Positions 1 to 10,295 of a stretch of 64,000 nucleotides of DNA are shown here, piece after piece. The notes under the pieces were generated by a model that saw nothing but the letters and a program-made list of their open reading frames with translations, searched no databases and was not told the origin of the DNA. The DNA is from Candidatus Eremiobacteria bacterium (lineage in GTDB: Bacteria > Vulcanimicrobiota > Vulcanimicrobiia > Vulcanimicrobiales > Vulcanimicrobiaceae), in NCBI GenBank assembly GCA_963737065.1, contig CAVTRC010000001.1, positions 2,048,001 to 2,112,000 of the forward strand. Direction: 5' to 3'. Made by a program: the position numbers and the translations under genes. Position 1 is the stretch's first letter, and every line of letters starts with the position of its first letter.

Positions 1-2984
1 GCGGCGCAACGCCGGACCGGCGTTTCAGCTACTATGTCGGCATCAGCGGATACAACCAAGGGTTCCGCGTTCTCGACAACAGCAACGGCGCTTCGCTGAA
101 CACCACGCCGACGGGCATCTACGCGGGTCAATCGTTGGCTGGTTCGCCGTTCATCCTCAATTCGATTCCTGCGATGCAAGCAGAATGCTCGCCAGGGACC
201 GCAAACGATCCGAATCCGCTGCTTTCGATGCCGGCGAGCTACTATGCCGCGGACGTCGGCGCGCTTGGCGGCACGGGAAGCTGTTACATTCCGTACAGCG
301 GGCTCTACGGCAACATTGCACAGATCGCGGATCGTGAAAACGTCGCGAACTTCCACTTCCGCATTCCGCAGAAGAACGGAACGTCCGACGACATTCAGCT
401 GCTCGGCAGTACTTCGATGATGAATTCGCAGTTCTATACGAGCGCGAACGATGCGGGCGGCCTGCCGGTCTACTCGCTCGGAATTTTCGGTACGCCGTAC
501 TGCAATCCGCAGACGAGCCTAACGCCGAGCGGTGCCGGCTGCACGCCGACCCCGAACGGAAACTATCCCGCGTACGTGGACGCTACCGTCTTCAACGCGC
601 CATTCGGTACCCCGGTGGCCGGACTCAAGGCGACGTCCTACTACCAGCCGAGCAGCCCGACGGACCGTGCGTTCAATGCACCGCTGCCTGCGGATCTCCG
701 CGACGGCATCATGAACGACGCGGGCATCGTGAAGCTGCAATACACGCACCAATTCTCGAGCAACGCCTTCGCGCGCGTGTTCGGCTACACGTTCTTCTCT
801 GACTGGACGCAAGCCGGCGCAAACTCCGCGCTCGATTGCTATGTGACGGGCATCGGCCCGTGCTTCTCGGGCGTCGCCGCGAACTACGACTTGATCACCC
901 ACACTGGCGGCGGTCAGCTTGAACTCGTCGATCAGCTCACAAGCCAGCACCTCGTGCAGCTAACGGCGAACTACACGACGGCAAACGTCGTGCGCTTCAA
1001 CAACACCGGCTTCACGGGCGGCGCTTCTCCCGTCGGCCTGATCTCGCAGAGCAACGGAATATTCACGTGCTACGATACAACGGGCGCGCCGGTTCCGTGC
1101 TCAAAGGCGACGCAATCGAATGCCGCGGATATCGCTGCGAATGGCGTCCCACCGATCCCGGCGGGCAGCGCTGCGGCCGGAGCCGGAGCACAATGGGTGA
1201 CGTTGTGGCAAGGTAACTCGCGCGGCACGTACAACACGGTGAAGCCGCAGTTCTCGTTCATCTCGTTGAGCGATCAGTGGCGTCCGAGCGATCGTTTGCT
1301 CTTCGACGCGCAAGTCCGCTACGAGAACTACAAGTATGGTCTCGTGTCGAATCCGGGCGAAGCGACGGACTTCTACGCGCAGATCGTGTCAAACGACGTG
1401 TGCCAGAACTCGTCGGGAACTGTTCTCACCAAACCGCTTCCGCCGGGCGTTCCGCCTCCCGCGCCGGTCATCTATACGCCGACGTGTCCGGCTGGATACG
1501 CTCACCCCGCGTTCTCGGCGAACTCACCTGGATCGTACGTCATCCAGGATCTCTCGCCGCGATTCTCGATGACGTACACGGAGTCGCCGGACACTGTGTG
1601 GCGTGCCTCGATCGGGCGCTTCACCGAGCCGCCGATCTCGGCATCGGTGCAGTATCTGAACAACTCGGGTAATTCACTCTCAACCTGGAACGCGACGCTG
1701 CCCTTGGGCTTCTACTCGCCGTTCCACCCGATCCCAGCCATGAGTGCTACCCAAGCGGATCTTTCGCTGGAGCACCATATCCACGGAACGGACATGAGCT
1801 TTAAGCTCTCGCCGTTCTTCAACTTCACGACGGGATATCAAGAGCAGTCCTTTATCGGACCGAACTTCGTCACGCAAGCGCCGGTCGGAAACTTCCGGTC
1901 CCAGGGTGCGGAATTTGCGTTCACAAAGGGCGATTTCGCAAAGGATGGTCTGTCGACGCAAGTTTCGCTGACGTACACGAACGCAAGGGTGCAATACACC
2001 AACTGGTTCGGTGTTAATCAGATGGCGACCGTCAACAGCGCCGTCCAGCAGTACAACCTTCTCACGAAGGGCGGCGGCGGCTCGCCGTATTACTGCGCCG
2101 GTGGCGCGGATGCCGCGGGCAATGCGAGCCCGGGAACGACGACGCCCGCGTCGTGCGCGGCGCTTGCGACGCCCGGCACGCCGATCACGAATCCGTATTA
2201 CAACTCGCCCACGCAGGGTTTGTTCAACACGAGCGCTTGGTATGCACCGGGCGATGCCGGTCTTTCGCCGACGAACAACACCGCAACGACGTACTATGAC
2301 TCTCCGTGGAACCTGACCTGGCTGTTGAACTATCGTAAGCAAAAGCTTGCCGCGACGCTGTCGCTGCAGGCCGTCGAAGGTTCGTCATACGGCGGTCCGT
2401 TAGACACGTACGGATTCGATCCGCGCACCTGCGGTGCAAACTCGAGTTCCGCGACGCGTATCGATCCGGCGACCGGTAATCCGGTTGCCGTAACGCCCAT
2501 CACAGCGGTGTCGCCGAACACCGATCCGTTCAAGTGCGACGTTCTCACCTCGGTGGGCACGTTCTCCACGGCGGCGGGTCAACTGTTCATCCCGAATCCG
2601 CAAACGGGCTCCTTCGCGGCTCCCGGGCAATACCGGAATCCGTGGATTATGGTGGGAAATCTAGCACTTACCTACGACGTCTCGCCACGAATCTCAGCGA
2701 ACGTGACGTTCGCGAACCTGTTCCATACCTGCTTCGGTGGGTCGAGTGAGCCATGGACGACGGCCAATCCGCCGGGACGATATGTCTGCGGCTATGAAGC
2801 CAACGGTCCTACCGGGTTCTATAACTCCAACTTCTACAACGGTACAAGCCCGAACGACATCGCAGCGAACGGCGTAGCCGTACCGTCGTGGCAGCAGAAC
2901 TCGTATTCACCTCGCTCGTTCTCGGATGCCGGAGCGATTCCGAATCCGTTGAACGTGTACTTCCAGGTCACGGTGAAGATCTAA
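1..2984 (+). CDS. TonB-dependent receptor-like outer-membrane beta-barrel protein, 5'-truncated by the window
   Basis: Frame is open from the window start. Amphipathic beta-strand pattern (SPRFSMTY, QADLSLEH, SLTYTNARV) and C-terminal NVYFQVTVKI strand. Confidence 0.75.
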   Translation, partial: GATPDRRFSYYVGISGYNQGFRVLDNSNGASLNTTPTGIYAGQSLAGSPFILNSIPAMQAECSPGTANDPNPLLSMPASYYAADVGALGGTGSCYIPYSGLYGNIAQIADRENVANFHFRIPQKNGTSDDIQLLGSTSMMNSQFYTSANDAGGLPVYSLGIFGTPYCNPQTSLTPSGAGCTPTPNGNYPAYVDATVFNAPFGTPVAGLKATSYYQPSSPTDRAFNAPLPADLRDGIMNDAGIVKLQYTHQFSSNAFARVFGYTFFSDWTQAGANSALDCYVTGIGPCFSGVAANYDLITHTGGGQLELVDQLTSQHLVQLTANYTTANVVRFNNTGFTGGASPVGLISQSNGIFTCYDTTGAPVPCSKATQSNAADIAANGVPPIPAGSAAAGAGAQWVTLWQGNSRGTYNTVKPQFSFISLSDQWRPSDRLLFDAQVRYENYKYGLVSNPGEATDFYAQIVSNDVCQNSSGTVLTKPLPPGVPPPAPVIYTPTCPAGYAHPAFSANSPGSYVIQDLSPRFSMTYTESPDTVWRASIGRFTEPPISASVQYLNNSGNSLSTWNATLPLGFYSPFHPIPAMSATQADLSLEHHIHGTDMSFKLSPFFNFTTGYQEQSFIGPNFVTQAPVGNFRSQGAEFAFTKGDFAKDGLSTQVSLTYTNARVQYTNWFGVNQMATVNSAVQQYNLLTKGGGGSPYYCAGGADAAGNASPGTTTPASCAALATPGTPITNPYYNSPTQGLFNTSAWYAPGDAGLSPTNNTATTYYDSPWNLTWLLNYRKQKLAATLSLQAVEGSSYGGPLDTYGFDPRTCGANSSSATRIDPATGNPVAVTPITAVSPNTDPFKCDVLTSVGTFSTAAGQLFIPNPQTGSFAAPGQYRNPWIMVGNLALTYDVSPRISANVTFANLFHTCFGGSSEPWTTANPPGRYVCGYEANGPTGFYNSNFYNGTSPNDIAANGVAVPSWQQNSYSPRSFSDAGAIPNPLNVYFQVTVKI

Positions 2985-3099
2985 TCGATCTTCACGCGTA
3001 GCCACCGAGGCTGCGTAAAACCGAACCGAGCCCCGTATGGCTTTGCGCGAAAGCGCAAACCCTGCGGGGCTCACTCTTTTTCTTTCGAATACGCGCGCG

Positions 3100-3309
3100 A
3101 TGCAACACGGCTACAAGTGCGAGGATTGTGAAGTCGCGATCTTTCCGACGACGACACACAGCGAACTCGCATGGCTGCGAGATCGCGTGCACGTGGCACG
3201 CGAAGTTGCAAAGCACTCGAGCGGCGGGCTCGATACGTGGATGAACGAAGGGCTAGAGTTTCTGAACGACCACCAAGGCCATTCAATCGTGCTCGTCAGT
3301 CGCCGCTAA
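3100..3309 (+). CDS. small putative metal-binding protein (CxxC ... HxxH)
   Basis: MQHGYKCEDCEV...LNDHQGHSIV. A degenerate copy at about 5155-5257 differs mostly at synonymous sites, which supports coding status. Confidence 0.6.
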   Translation: MQHGYKCEDCEVAIFPTTTHSELAWLRDRVHVAREVAKHSSGGLDTWMNEGLEFLNDHQGHSIVLVSRR

Positions 3310-3390
3310 CAACGCGCTCGTATTCGTTTCGCCTCGCGCCGTCAGATGAGGAGTGGAACTCTGCTCCCGCTACGAAGCGTATATTCACCA

Positions 3391-4453
3391 ATGGTGCGAT
3401 CACTGTGGAAAGCGGTTCTATCATCCGTCGCGGTGCTCTTCGGGACACTCGTTCTTATCGGCGCCATGCCAAACTTTTCGGGTGGCGCGGCGTGGCTCAA
3501 TTCGCCGCCTCTCACGCCGGCTGCACTCCGCGGCAAAGTCGTACTCGTCGATTTCTGGGAGTACACGTGTATCAATTGTTTACGCACCCTGCCGTATCTG
3601 CGTGAGTGGTATCGCCGGTATCACGACGACGGCTTGGTGATCATCGGCGTGCATACGCCCGAATTCGCGTTCTCAGGAGACGATCGTAACGTTACGGATG
3701 CCGTGAAGCGGCTTGGCATTGCATGGCCCGTCGTGCTCGACGACGGGTACGCCGTTTGGAACCGCTATCACAACAACATCTGGCCGCACGAGTTCTTGTT
3801 CGATCAAAATGGAAATCTGGTGGAAAGCCAAGAAGGCGAGGGCAACTACCAGCAGACCGAACAAAAGATACAAGCGCTTCTGCATGCCGAAAATCCGCAG
3901 CTGCGCTTGCCCGCGGTGATGGCACTGCTTCCGCAAGACAGTTACAACAAGCCCGGAGCGGTCTGTTACCCGAAGACACCGGAAACGTACGTTGGACCGT
4001 GGCACGGTCAGCACGTCGCCAATCGGCCGCAGCTTTTCGATCCCACGCAATACATCGATCGCGGCGGTGATCGCGAAGACGGCAAAGTGTACTTGCAAGG
4101 GTCCTGGACGATCTCACCGCAGGGGCAAGCGATGATCTCCGCGGCGAACGACGGCTATGCGGCGCTGCCCTATCACGCGATCCAAGTCGTCGCGGTCATG
4201 CGTCCGCAGCAAGGCACGCCGGTACGCGTTGTGGTGACGCAAGACGGCAAGCCCGTACCACATTCGGATGCCGGTAAAGACCTCGCATACGACGCGCTCC
4301 GGGACATCGTATGTCACGGTCGATGCCGCACGCGCGTATGACTTGGTAATGAATGCGCGCTTCGGCTCGCACGAATTGCGGCTGTCGCCCGATCGTGCCG
4401 GCTTGGGCTTATACAGTTTCGACTTTGAATCGTGCGAGGTTCCTAAGACGTGA
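3391..4453 (+). CDS. exported redoxin (DipZ-like thioredoxin plus C-terminal domain); frameshift near 4297
   Basis: Signal peptide, VLVDFWEYTCINC, IGVHTPEF and TPETYVG motifs. The C-terminus continues in the 4268..4453 frame (YDLV...HELRL...GLYSFDF). Confidence 0.8.
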
Positions 4454-4458
4454 TCACC

Positions 4459-5086
4459 ATGCGATACGTCCGCGCGTGCTGCGCTGCGATCGTGTTTCTC
4501 TTTGCGCGCCTACGCAATTGCGCCCGCCGACGAAGGGCCGACGGTCACAGGCCCTCCCTCATTGTCTGAGCAGCAATTCGTGCAGTCCGTGCAGTCCGAT
4601 TTGCTTCGTCGCTTTCCACACGTAGCGGATGCGTTACATGCGGGCTACGTACGATACACTGCGCCGGACGAGTCCGGTGCAATCAGCTATGCAAACCAAC
4701 AATGGTCGTCGGATCAAACTCATCCGAGCCAACTGTGGTACGACAAAAGCGGCAATTTGCTTGGCGCCGATTTTTCGGTTCTCCGCCCGAACAACGAGCC
4801 GCGGCCGCAGCTCTGGGGCGTCGATCCCGGACGCTGGGTTGAACTAAACGGCCACGTGCACTACGTCACCAAAGACTCCAGCGGCGCGCTCAAATACGAT
4901 CAGTGGGTGTGGAATCAGCAGTGGGTTGCGGCGGGCGGTTCGCTGACCTCGCCGTCGGCCGACACGTTGGTGAAGCTGGGAAAAGTTAAATCAGCAAGTG
5001 ACGTGGTTACCGTCTTCGAGTTCCCAACAATTTGGGACTTGACCGTGTGGGTCGTGCCGCACGCGAACCCCTTCTCCTGGGATTAA
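4459..5086 (+). CDS. secreted hypothetical protein; probable frameshift near 4505
   Basis: ATG4459 gives a signal-like MRYVRACCAAIVFLFA that joins the 4502..5086 frame. Followed by a terminator. Confidence 0.6.
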
Positions 5087-5099
5087 TAAAAGACGCAAC

Positions 5100-5130
5100 A
5101 AAAGACGCCGCATCCCGCGGCGTCTTTTTT
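5100..5130 (+). terminator. intrinsic terminator
   Basis: AAAAGACGCCGC-ATCCC-GCGGCGTCTTTTTT hairpin with U-tract. Confidence 0.8.
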
Positions 5131-5154
5131 CCAGACGGTGAACGTCCCTCGTCG

Positions 5155-5257
5155 AGCGTTGCGAAGTCCGTCTTCCCGGCGACCAGGCGCAGCGAACTGG
5201 TTGGAGTTTCTGAACGACCATCAAGGTCACTCGATCGTCCTTGTAAGTCGACGCTAG
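5155..5257 (+). pseudogene. decayed, internally deleted paralog of the 3100..3309 gene
   Basis: Encodes CEV / VFPATRRSEL, then LEFLNDHQGHSIVLVSRR* (5201-5257), identical in protein to the end of 3100..3309. Confidence 0.75.
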
Positions 5258-5271
5258 CCACGTGATAGACT

Positions 5272-5814
5272 ATGCGTGACATGCCGGTCGAGTATCGCAC
5301 GGAGCCCGAATACTGGGAGTATCTTGACGGCGAGGTTCATCCAAAGGTGAGCCCGCGTCAACGGCACGCAATCGTGCAAACGCGCCTTGCCTCCATGATG
5401 CTTAAGGCGGCTGCAGGGCGAGGGCAGGTAGGAACGGAGTGGGACATTTGGCTTCCGGACCACGAGAAGTTAACGAAATTTATCCCGGACGTTTCATTCT
5501 TCTCTTTCGATCGCTTGCGTGAGATGGGTGAACGCGATGCAGAATTTCCGCCATGCGCGCCCGATATAGCATGCGAAGTGTGGTCGCCGGGTGACCGTCG
5601 CGCGTACCTCGAAAAGAAAATTAGCCTTTATTTAACGCATGGTTCACTCGTCGTGCTCGATGTCAATTTTCTTGCGCGTACCATCGACGTTCACGACAAG
5701 ACTAGCGTTCGGACATTACGCGCACTCGATACATTTGCGCACGTGCTGGTTCCGTGGCTCGTATTTCACGTCGCTGAGGTCTTTCGGGATCTCGATATTC
5801 CGCCCACAAAATAG
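5272..5814 (+). CDS. Uma2/DUF820 family putative endonuclease
   Basis: EYLDGEV..KVSP..RHA, PDVSF, PDIACEVWSP and K..LY motifs. Confidence 0.85.
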   Translation: MRDMPVEYRTEPEYWEYLDGEVHPKVSPRQRHAIVQTRLASMMLKAAAGRGQVGTEWDIWLPDHEKLTKFIPDVSFFSFDRLREMGERDAEFPPCAPDIACEVWSPGDRRAYLEKKISLYLTHGSLVVLDVNFLARTIDVHDKTSVRTLRALDTFAHVLVPWLVFHVAEVFRDLDIPPTK

Positions 5815-5843
5815 AAGACGCCGCTATCATACGGCGTCTTTTT
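5815..5843. terminator. intrinsic terminator between convergent genes
   Basis: AAGACGCCG-N8-CGGCGTCTTTTT. Confidence 0.7.
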
Positions 5844-5864
5844 CATTTCACGGAGATAGAACCG

Positions 5865-6146
5865 TTATTGCGGGACGCGCAACCGTTGCCCCGGCTCGAG
5901 GCTCGTCGCGTGCAAACGGTTTGCGTCGGAGATGCGATCGATCGTTTCTTGCACGTCGCCGTCGTTTGACGTGTTTGATGCGGCGATCGACCACAATGTG
6001 TCGCCCGGCCGCACCGTGATCGTTGTATAGTGTTGCGCCGTGGCCGCGTAAAGATGGATGCCCGAGAGCGTCGGTAGCGCGACGATGAGACCAAGCGCAG
6101 CGAGCGTGATCGCCGGCATCAGAGTGAATTTCTTGCGCTTACCCAC
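5865..6146 (-). CDS. membrane-anchored LysM protein, YneA/ChiZ-like SOS cell-division inhibitor
   Basis: Basic N-terminus, one TM helix and a LysM domain (TVRPGDTLWSIA...LEPGQRLRVP). Divergent from lexA. Confidence 0.75.
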   Translation of the reverse strand: MGKRKKFTLMPAITLAALGLIVALPTLSGIHLYAATAQHYTTITVRPGDTLWSIAASNTSNDGDVQETIDRISDANRLHATSLEPGQRLRVPQ

Positions 6147-6175
6147 CGTTTTTGCAGCCTTTCGACATCTTGTGC

Positions 6176-6290
6176 CAAACGAGCGTTCGAGCACTATTTC
6201 GGTCCATATGTTGGGCCAAACACCTGTTTGTCCCCAAGATTTTACCACAGCGCTTCGAAGAGCTGTCAAGGTTTCTCGAACGTATGTTTG
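6176..6290. promoter_or_regulatory. three putative LexA boxes (CRAAC-N4-GTTYG)
   Basis: CAAAC-GAGC-GTTCG at 6176-6189, CAAAC-ACCT-GTTTG at 6217-6230 and CGAAC-GTAT-GTTTG at 6277-6290. Confidence 0.7.
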
Positions 6291-6368
6291 CCTTTTCCTG
6301 ACTCCTATGGTAGGGTTGTACAGCAAGCCCATGCCAGACGCATGGCATTTTGTAGCTGAAAGAGACGA

Positions 6369-6541
6369 GGGGGCCCCGCTGTAGCGGGGGGCGCGCAGCC
6401 GAAGGCGGAGTGCCTTTCAAACCTACGGGGTCCCCAAAACGCGAAGCGTCACGATGGGGACCCGCTGTAGCGGGGGCGCGCAGCCGAAGGCGGAGTGCCT
6501 TTCAAACTACGGGGTCCCCAAAGTGCGAAGCAGTTTGGGGG
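6369..6541 (+). repeat. two tandem copies of a ~88-nt structured intergenic repeat
   Basis: Copies at 6369-~6449 and 6456-6541. Shared core GGGGGCGCGCAGCCGAAGGCGGAGTGCCTTTCAAAC..GGGGTCCCC, also found at 16378 and 16526. Confidence 0.85.
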
Positions 6542-6545
6542 TATT

Positions 6546-7160
6546 TTGGACAAGCCAGCGACAGAGCGACAGCAGCGGATTCTCGAAGTGATTCGCGCCT
6601 TTACCGCAGAGCACGGTTATCCGCCGTCCGTTCGCGAGATCGGCGAGCGCGTCGGCTTATCGTCGTCGTCGACGATTCACGCGCATCTGAAGGCGCTGGA
6701 ACGGCGCGGTCTGATCTCGCGCGATCCGACGAAGCCGCGCGCGCTGCGCTCCGATTTGAACGTCCCGCGTACCCGTCAGCCCGACACCGTCGTCATGCCG
6801 ATCGTCGGCAAAGTGGCCGCCGGCGTTCCGATTACCGCCGAAGAGAATCTCGAGGGCGAGTTCGTTCTGCCGACGTCATTCGTGCCGCGTTCGTCCGATG
6901 CGTTCATGCTGCGCGTGCAGGGTGACTCGATGGTTGAAGCCGCGATCCTCGATGGCGATCTCATTCTGGTGCGTCCGCAAAAAACCGCGAGCAACGGTGA
7001 AATCGTTGTCGCGATGCTCGATGGTGAAGCGACGGTCAAGCGCTTCTATCGCGAGAACGGGCAAGTCCGTTTGCAGCCGGAGAATTCCGCGATGGCGCCA
7101 ATCTACGCGAGCGATGTCGACATCATCGGCCGCGTGGAGGCTGTCGTCCGCCGCCTTTAG
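6546..7160 (+). CDS. lexA: SOS repressor LexA
   Basis: GYPPSVREIG helix-turn-helix, VAAG cleavage site, GDSM catalytic Ser and TVKR catalytic Lys. Probable TTG start at 6546. Confidence 0.95.
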   Translation: MDKPATERQQRILEVIRAFTAEHGYPPSVREIGERVGLSSSSTIHAHLKALERRGLISRDPTKPRALRSDLNVPRTRQPDTVVMPIVGKVAAGVPITAEENLEGEFVLPTSFVPRSSDAFMLRVQGDSMVEAAILDGDLILVRPQKTASNGEIVVAMLDGEATVKRFYRENGQVRLQPENSAMAPIYASDVDIIGRVEAVVRRL

Positions 7161-8304
7161 TGCGGTCACCGGCGCGGCGGCTCGATTTAAAGCCGTAGCC
7201 GACCTTCCGTTTATAGCTGCAACGCGCGACGCGCTGCCTTGGAGTTTCGTCGCGTTGCTGGCGGCTTTCGTTGTTCTTTTGCCGCTCGTCCCCGCGCCCG
7301 GGCCGGTATTCGGGCCGGGTCTCGGATTGCGCGTCTCGTCGGCATTGTTACCGGCATTCGGGATTATGGGGGCCGCACTTGCGCCCGCACTCGGATGGCA
7401 CTATGCGAAGCGGACGGCACTCCCGTTCGCGCCCGCGATCGCCGGGACGTTGTTGGCCTACCTGGTCGCGTTGCCGCCGCTCCATGGATCGGCCCTCGAT
7501 TATCTACGGCTCGTCGGTCCGAGCGGGTTGTTTCTCGCACTCGGTATCGCGGGCGCGTTCGCGCTCTGCGCGCGACTGTTGCGAAATGCGTGGGCCGCTG
7601 CGGCCACCGTCGTCGTACTCTGCTGCATCCTTCATTTCGAACACGTCTCATTGACCGCCGCAGTGCAAGCCGTTCTCAAACCGCTCGGAACGCTCGGCGA
7701 CACATATTTTGCGTTCGTCTTCATCGTGTTCATCGAAACGCTCTTGTGGACGTTCGGCATGCATGGACCGGCGCTGCTGGCGGCCGTCGTCACGCCGGTC
7801 TATCTGACGTTGCAGATGCAAAATACGACCGCGTTCCAATCGCATGCGGCGCTGCCGCACATCGTCGTCGTGTCATTGTTTCTCTTTGTATTTCCCGGCG
7901 GGTCGGGCGGAACGCTTCCCCTGGCCGCACTGCTTGCCGTTTCGCGAGTCCGTAAGCTGCATAGGATCGGCCGCGCGACGATGCTTCCCGCGCTCTTCAA
8001 CATCAACGAGCCGCTGATCTTCGGCGCGCCGATCGTGTTCAATCCGTATCTCGTTCCGCCGTTTCTCATCGTCCCGTTGGTTCTCGCGACGACGACGTAT
8101 TTTTCGATGCAGTGGGGCTGGGTGGGACGTCCGGCGTTTTACGTGCCGTCGTCGGTTCCGACGGTTATCTCTACGTATGTCGCTACGCTCGATCCGCGCG
8201 CCGTTTTACTGGCGATCGTCAACATCGCGATCGCAGCCGTCGTGTACTTCCCGTTCGTGCGCGCATACGAAGCGCATTACGCCGAACCAGACCGCGCACG
8301 GTGA
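7160..8304 (+). CDS. PTS EIIC component, lactose/cellobiose family (start uncertain)
   Basis: LLWTFGMHG, GGSGGTL and PALFNINEPLIFGAPIVFNP motifs. Confidence 0.85.
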
Positions 8305-9548
8305 TCGAGCTTCTCTGCGAACGGTTCGGAATCGGCGGCCGCGTTCGTGAAGCGGCCCTGCGTGCGCACGAACGGGTGCGCGATGTGCGCTATCCCGCAC
8401 AAGAGACGGTGAAGGCAAACGTATTACGCGCGTTTCTCGATGAGGGCATTGCGGAGAGCGATCTTGGCGGTTCGACCGGATATGGCTATGACGACGCTGC
8501 GCGCGAACGGTACGAGTCGTTGCTCGCGCGCGTGTTCGGGGCGGAACGTTGTCTCGCGCGATTGTCGATCGTCAGCGGAACGCATGCGATCGTGATCGCG
8601 CTTGCCGCGTGCGTTCCTCCCGGAAAACGGTTGATCTCGGTGGCGGGTCGTCCGTATGACACGTTACGCAATGCGATCTGCACGGCACCCGATTCACTGG
8701 TCGCGCAAGGTGTCGCGTACGACGAAATCGCCCTTTGCGCGAGTGACGATCTCGATCTCGATACGATCGCGCGAAGCGTTCGACGCAACGACGTGGCAGC
8801 AATTTTCGTGCAGCGTTCGCGCGGCTACGCGGCGCGACGTTCGCTCGATATTGCGCGAATCGAAACGTTGACGTCGCGCGTACGCGAGGCTGCGCCGCAC
8901 GTCCTCATTCTCGTCGACAACTGCTATGGCGAACTCGTCGAGCCACGAGAACCCACTCACGCCGGCGTGGACCTCGTGATGGGCTCGCTGATTAAGAACT
9001 TGGGCGGGTCCCTCGCGCCCGCGGGCGGCTACGTAGCCGGGCGGGAAACCGCCGTCGCTCGCGTTGCTGCGCGGCTCTATGCGCCGGGACTCGGCGGAGC
9101 GCTCGGGCCGACGCTCGGCTTCGGGCGCGCCTTCATTCAAGGCCTCTTTCTCGCACCGCTCGTCGTCGAACAGACCCTGCGCGGCTTGGATTTCGCTGCC
9201 GCACTCTTCGCGGAGTTAGGGTTTCGCGTCGATCCGCTGCCCGGCGCAGCGCGGACGGACATCGTGCAGGCAATCCGTCTGGAAAACACCGAGCGCCTCT
9301 TACGCTTCGCCCGTGGACTCCAGCAAGCGATGCCCGTCAATGCAAAATTTGCGCCGGAACCGGCCCCGGTGCCGGGTTACGTGGATCCCGTCGTTATGTC
9401 GAGCGGCGCGTTCGTTGCGGGTGCGACCATCGAACTTTCGTGCGATGCGCCCTTACGCGAGCCGTACGAGGTGTACTTACAAGGTGGGCTCATAACCGAG
9501 CATACGATGCTCGGTGCACTTTTCGCGGCGCGGGCGGTTCTTGAATAA
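8301..9548 (+). CDS. YnbB-like methionine gamma-lyase family (aluminium resistance) PLP protein
   Basis: STGYGYDD, VSGTHAI, QRSRGY, VDNCYGE, GSLIKNLGG and GATIELSCDAP motifs. Confidence 0.9.
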   Translation: MIELLCERFGIGGRVREAALRAHERVRDVRYPAQETVKANVLRAFLDEGIAESDLGGSTGYGYDDAARERYESLLARVFGAERCLARLSIVSGTHAIVIALAACVPPGKRLISVAGRPYDTLRNAICTAPDSLVAQGVAYDEIALCASDDLDLDTIARSVRRNDVAAIFVQRSRGYAARRSLDIARIETLTSRVREAAPHVLILVDNCYGELVEPREPTHAGVDLVMGSLIKNLGGSLAPAGGYVAGRETAVARVAARLYAPGLGGALGPTLGFGRAFIQGLFLAPLVVEQTLRGLDFAAALFAELGFRVDPLPGAARTDIVQAIRLENTERLLRFARGLQQAMPVNAKFAPEPAPVPGYVDPVVMSSGAFVAGATIELSCDAPLREPYEVYLQGGLITEHTMLGALFAARAVLE

Positions 9549-9585
9549 AGGCGGCTTACCCGGCGCAGAGAATCAGCTTCCACCA

Positions 9586-9951
9586 GTGAGTACGCAAGAA
9601 GACCGCTCTCACGAGCGCCGGTTTTTCCGAGCATCAGTTGACTTTCCCGTGACGGTTATCGTTCCGGGTCACGAGCTCGTTCTTTCGGGCAGGGCGCTCG
9701 ATCTGAGTCGCGGCGGTATGCGCGTCTCGACGAATACCGATCTTCCGGCGGGACAACCGATCATGTTGCGGTTCGTACTTCCGAACAGCGAGCGCGAACT
9801 ACTCGTCCGCGCGAAAATCGTGCTGTCGTTTTTTGATAATTCGTCACAAATGTACGCGCACGGCATTGCATTCACGCAATACACCACGCACGATCACGAC
9901 CAGATCGCGAATTTCGTCACCAACGTGGAAAGCCGTCCGCAGGGTAGTTAG
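9586..9951 (+). CDS. PilZ domain protein (c-di-GMP receptor)
   Basis: ERRFFR (RxxxR) and DLSRGG (DxSxxG) motifs. Confidence 0.85.
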   Translation: MSTQEDRSHERRFFRASVDFPVTVIVPGHELVLSGRALDLSRGGMRVSTNTDLPAGQPIMLRFVLPNSERELLVRAKIVLSFFDNSSQMYAHGIAFTQYTTHDHDQIANFVTNVESRPQGS

Positions 9952-9953
9952 AA

Positions 9954-10175
9954 CTACGGGCGTTGTTCGCCCGACTCACCCATGAAACCGTAGAAAAAGT
10001 AACGGTTCCCGTCGGACGTCGTAATGACGATCCGAGTATCTTGAATTTCAGCTGCTTTGATCGTCTTGCCGATCAATGTCTCAAGAATAGACTGCGCTTG
10101 CATGAATTCGGCCTCGCGCAGTGCATCCGGCTCTACCTCTATGAGCTCGAGAAGCTCGTCGATCCGGTCGTTCAT
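9954..10175 (-). CDS. small hypothetical protein
   Basis: ATG with AAGGTG ribosome-binding site; fills the gap between neighbouring genes. Confidence 0.55.
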   Translation of the reverse strand: MNDRIDELLELIEVEPDALREAEFMQAQSILETLIGKTIKAAEIQDTRIVITTSDGNRYFFYGFMGESGEQRP

Positions 10176-10295
10176 CGTCACCTTTTGAATAATCGTCCGC
10201 CCCGGCGGTTTTGTTAGCGTATCGTAAGCATCAACTCGCCTGGACGCCGTTCCTACCAGGAGCCGGGCGGCTTCATCAGCGAAGGCCACGCCGCC

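Noticed and set aside
5272..5814. Uma2 nuclease as part of a restriction or defence system
   Set aside because: It is a solitary member of a commonly expanded family, with no methyltransferase or partner nearby.
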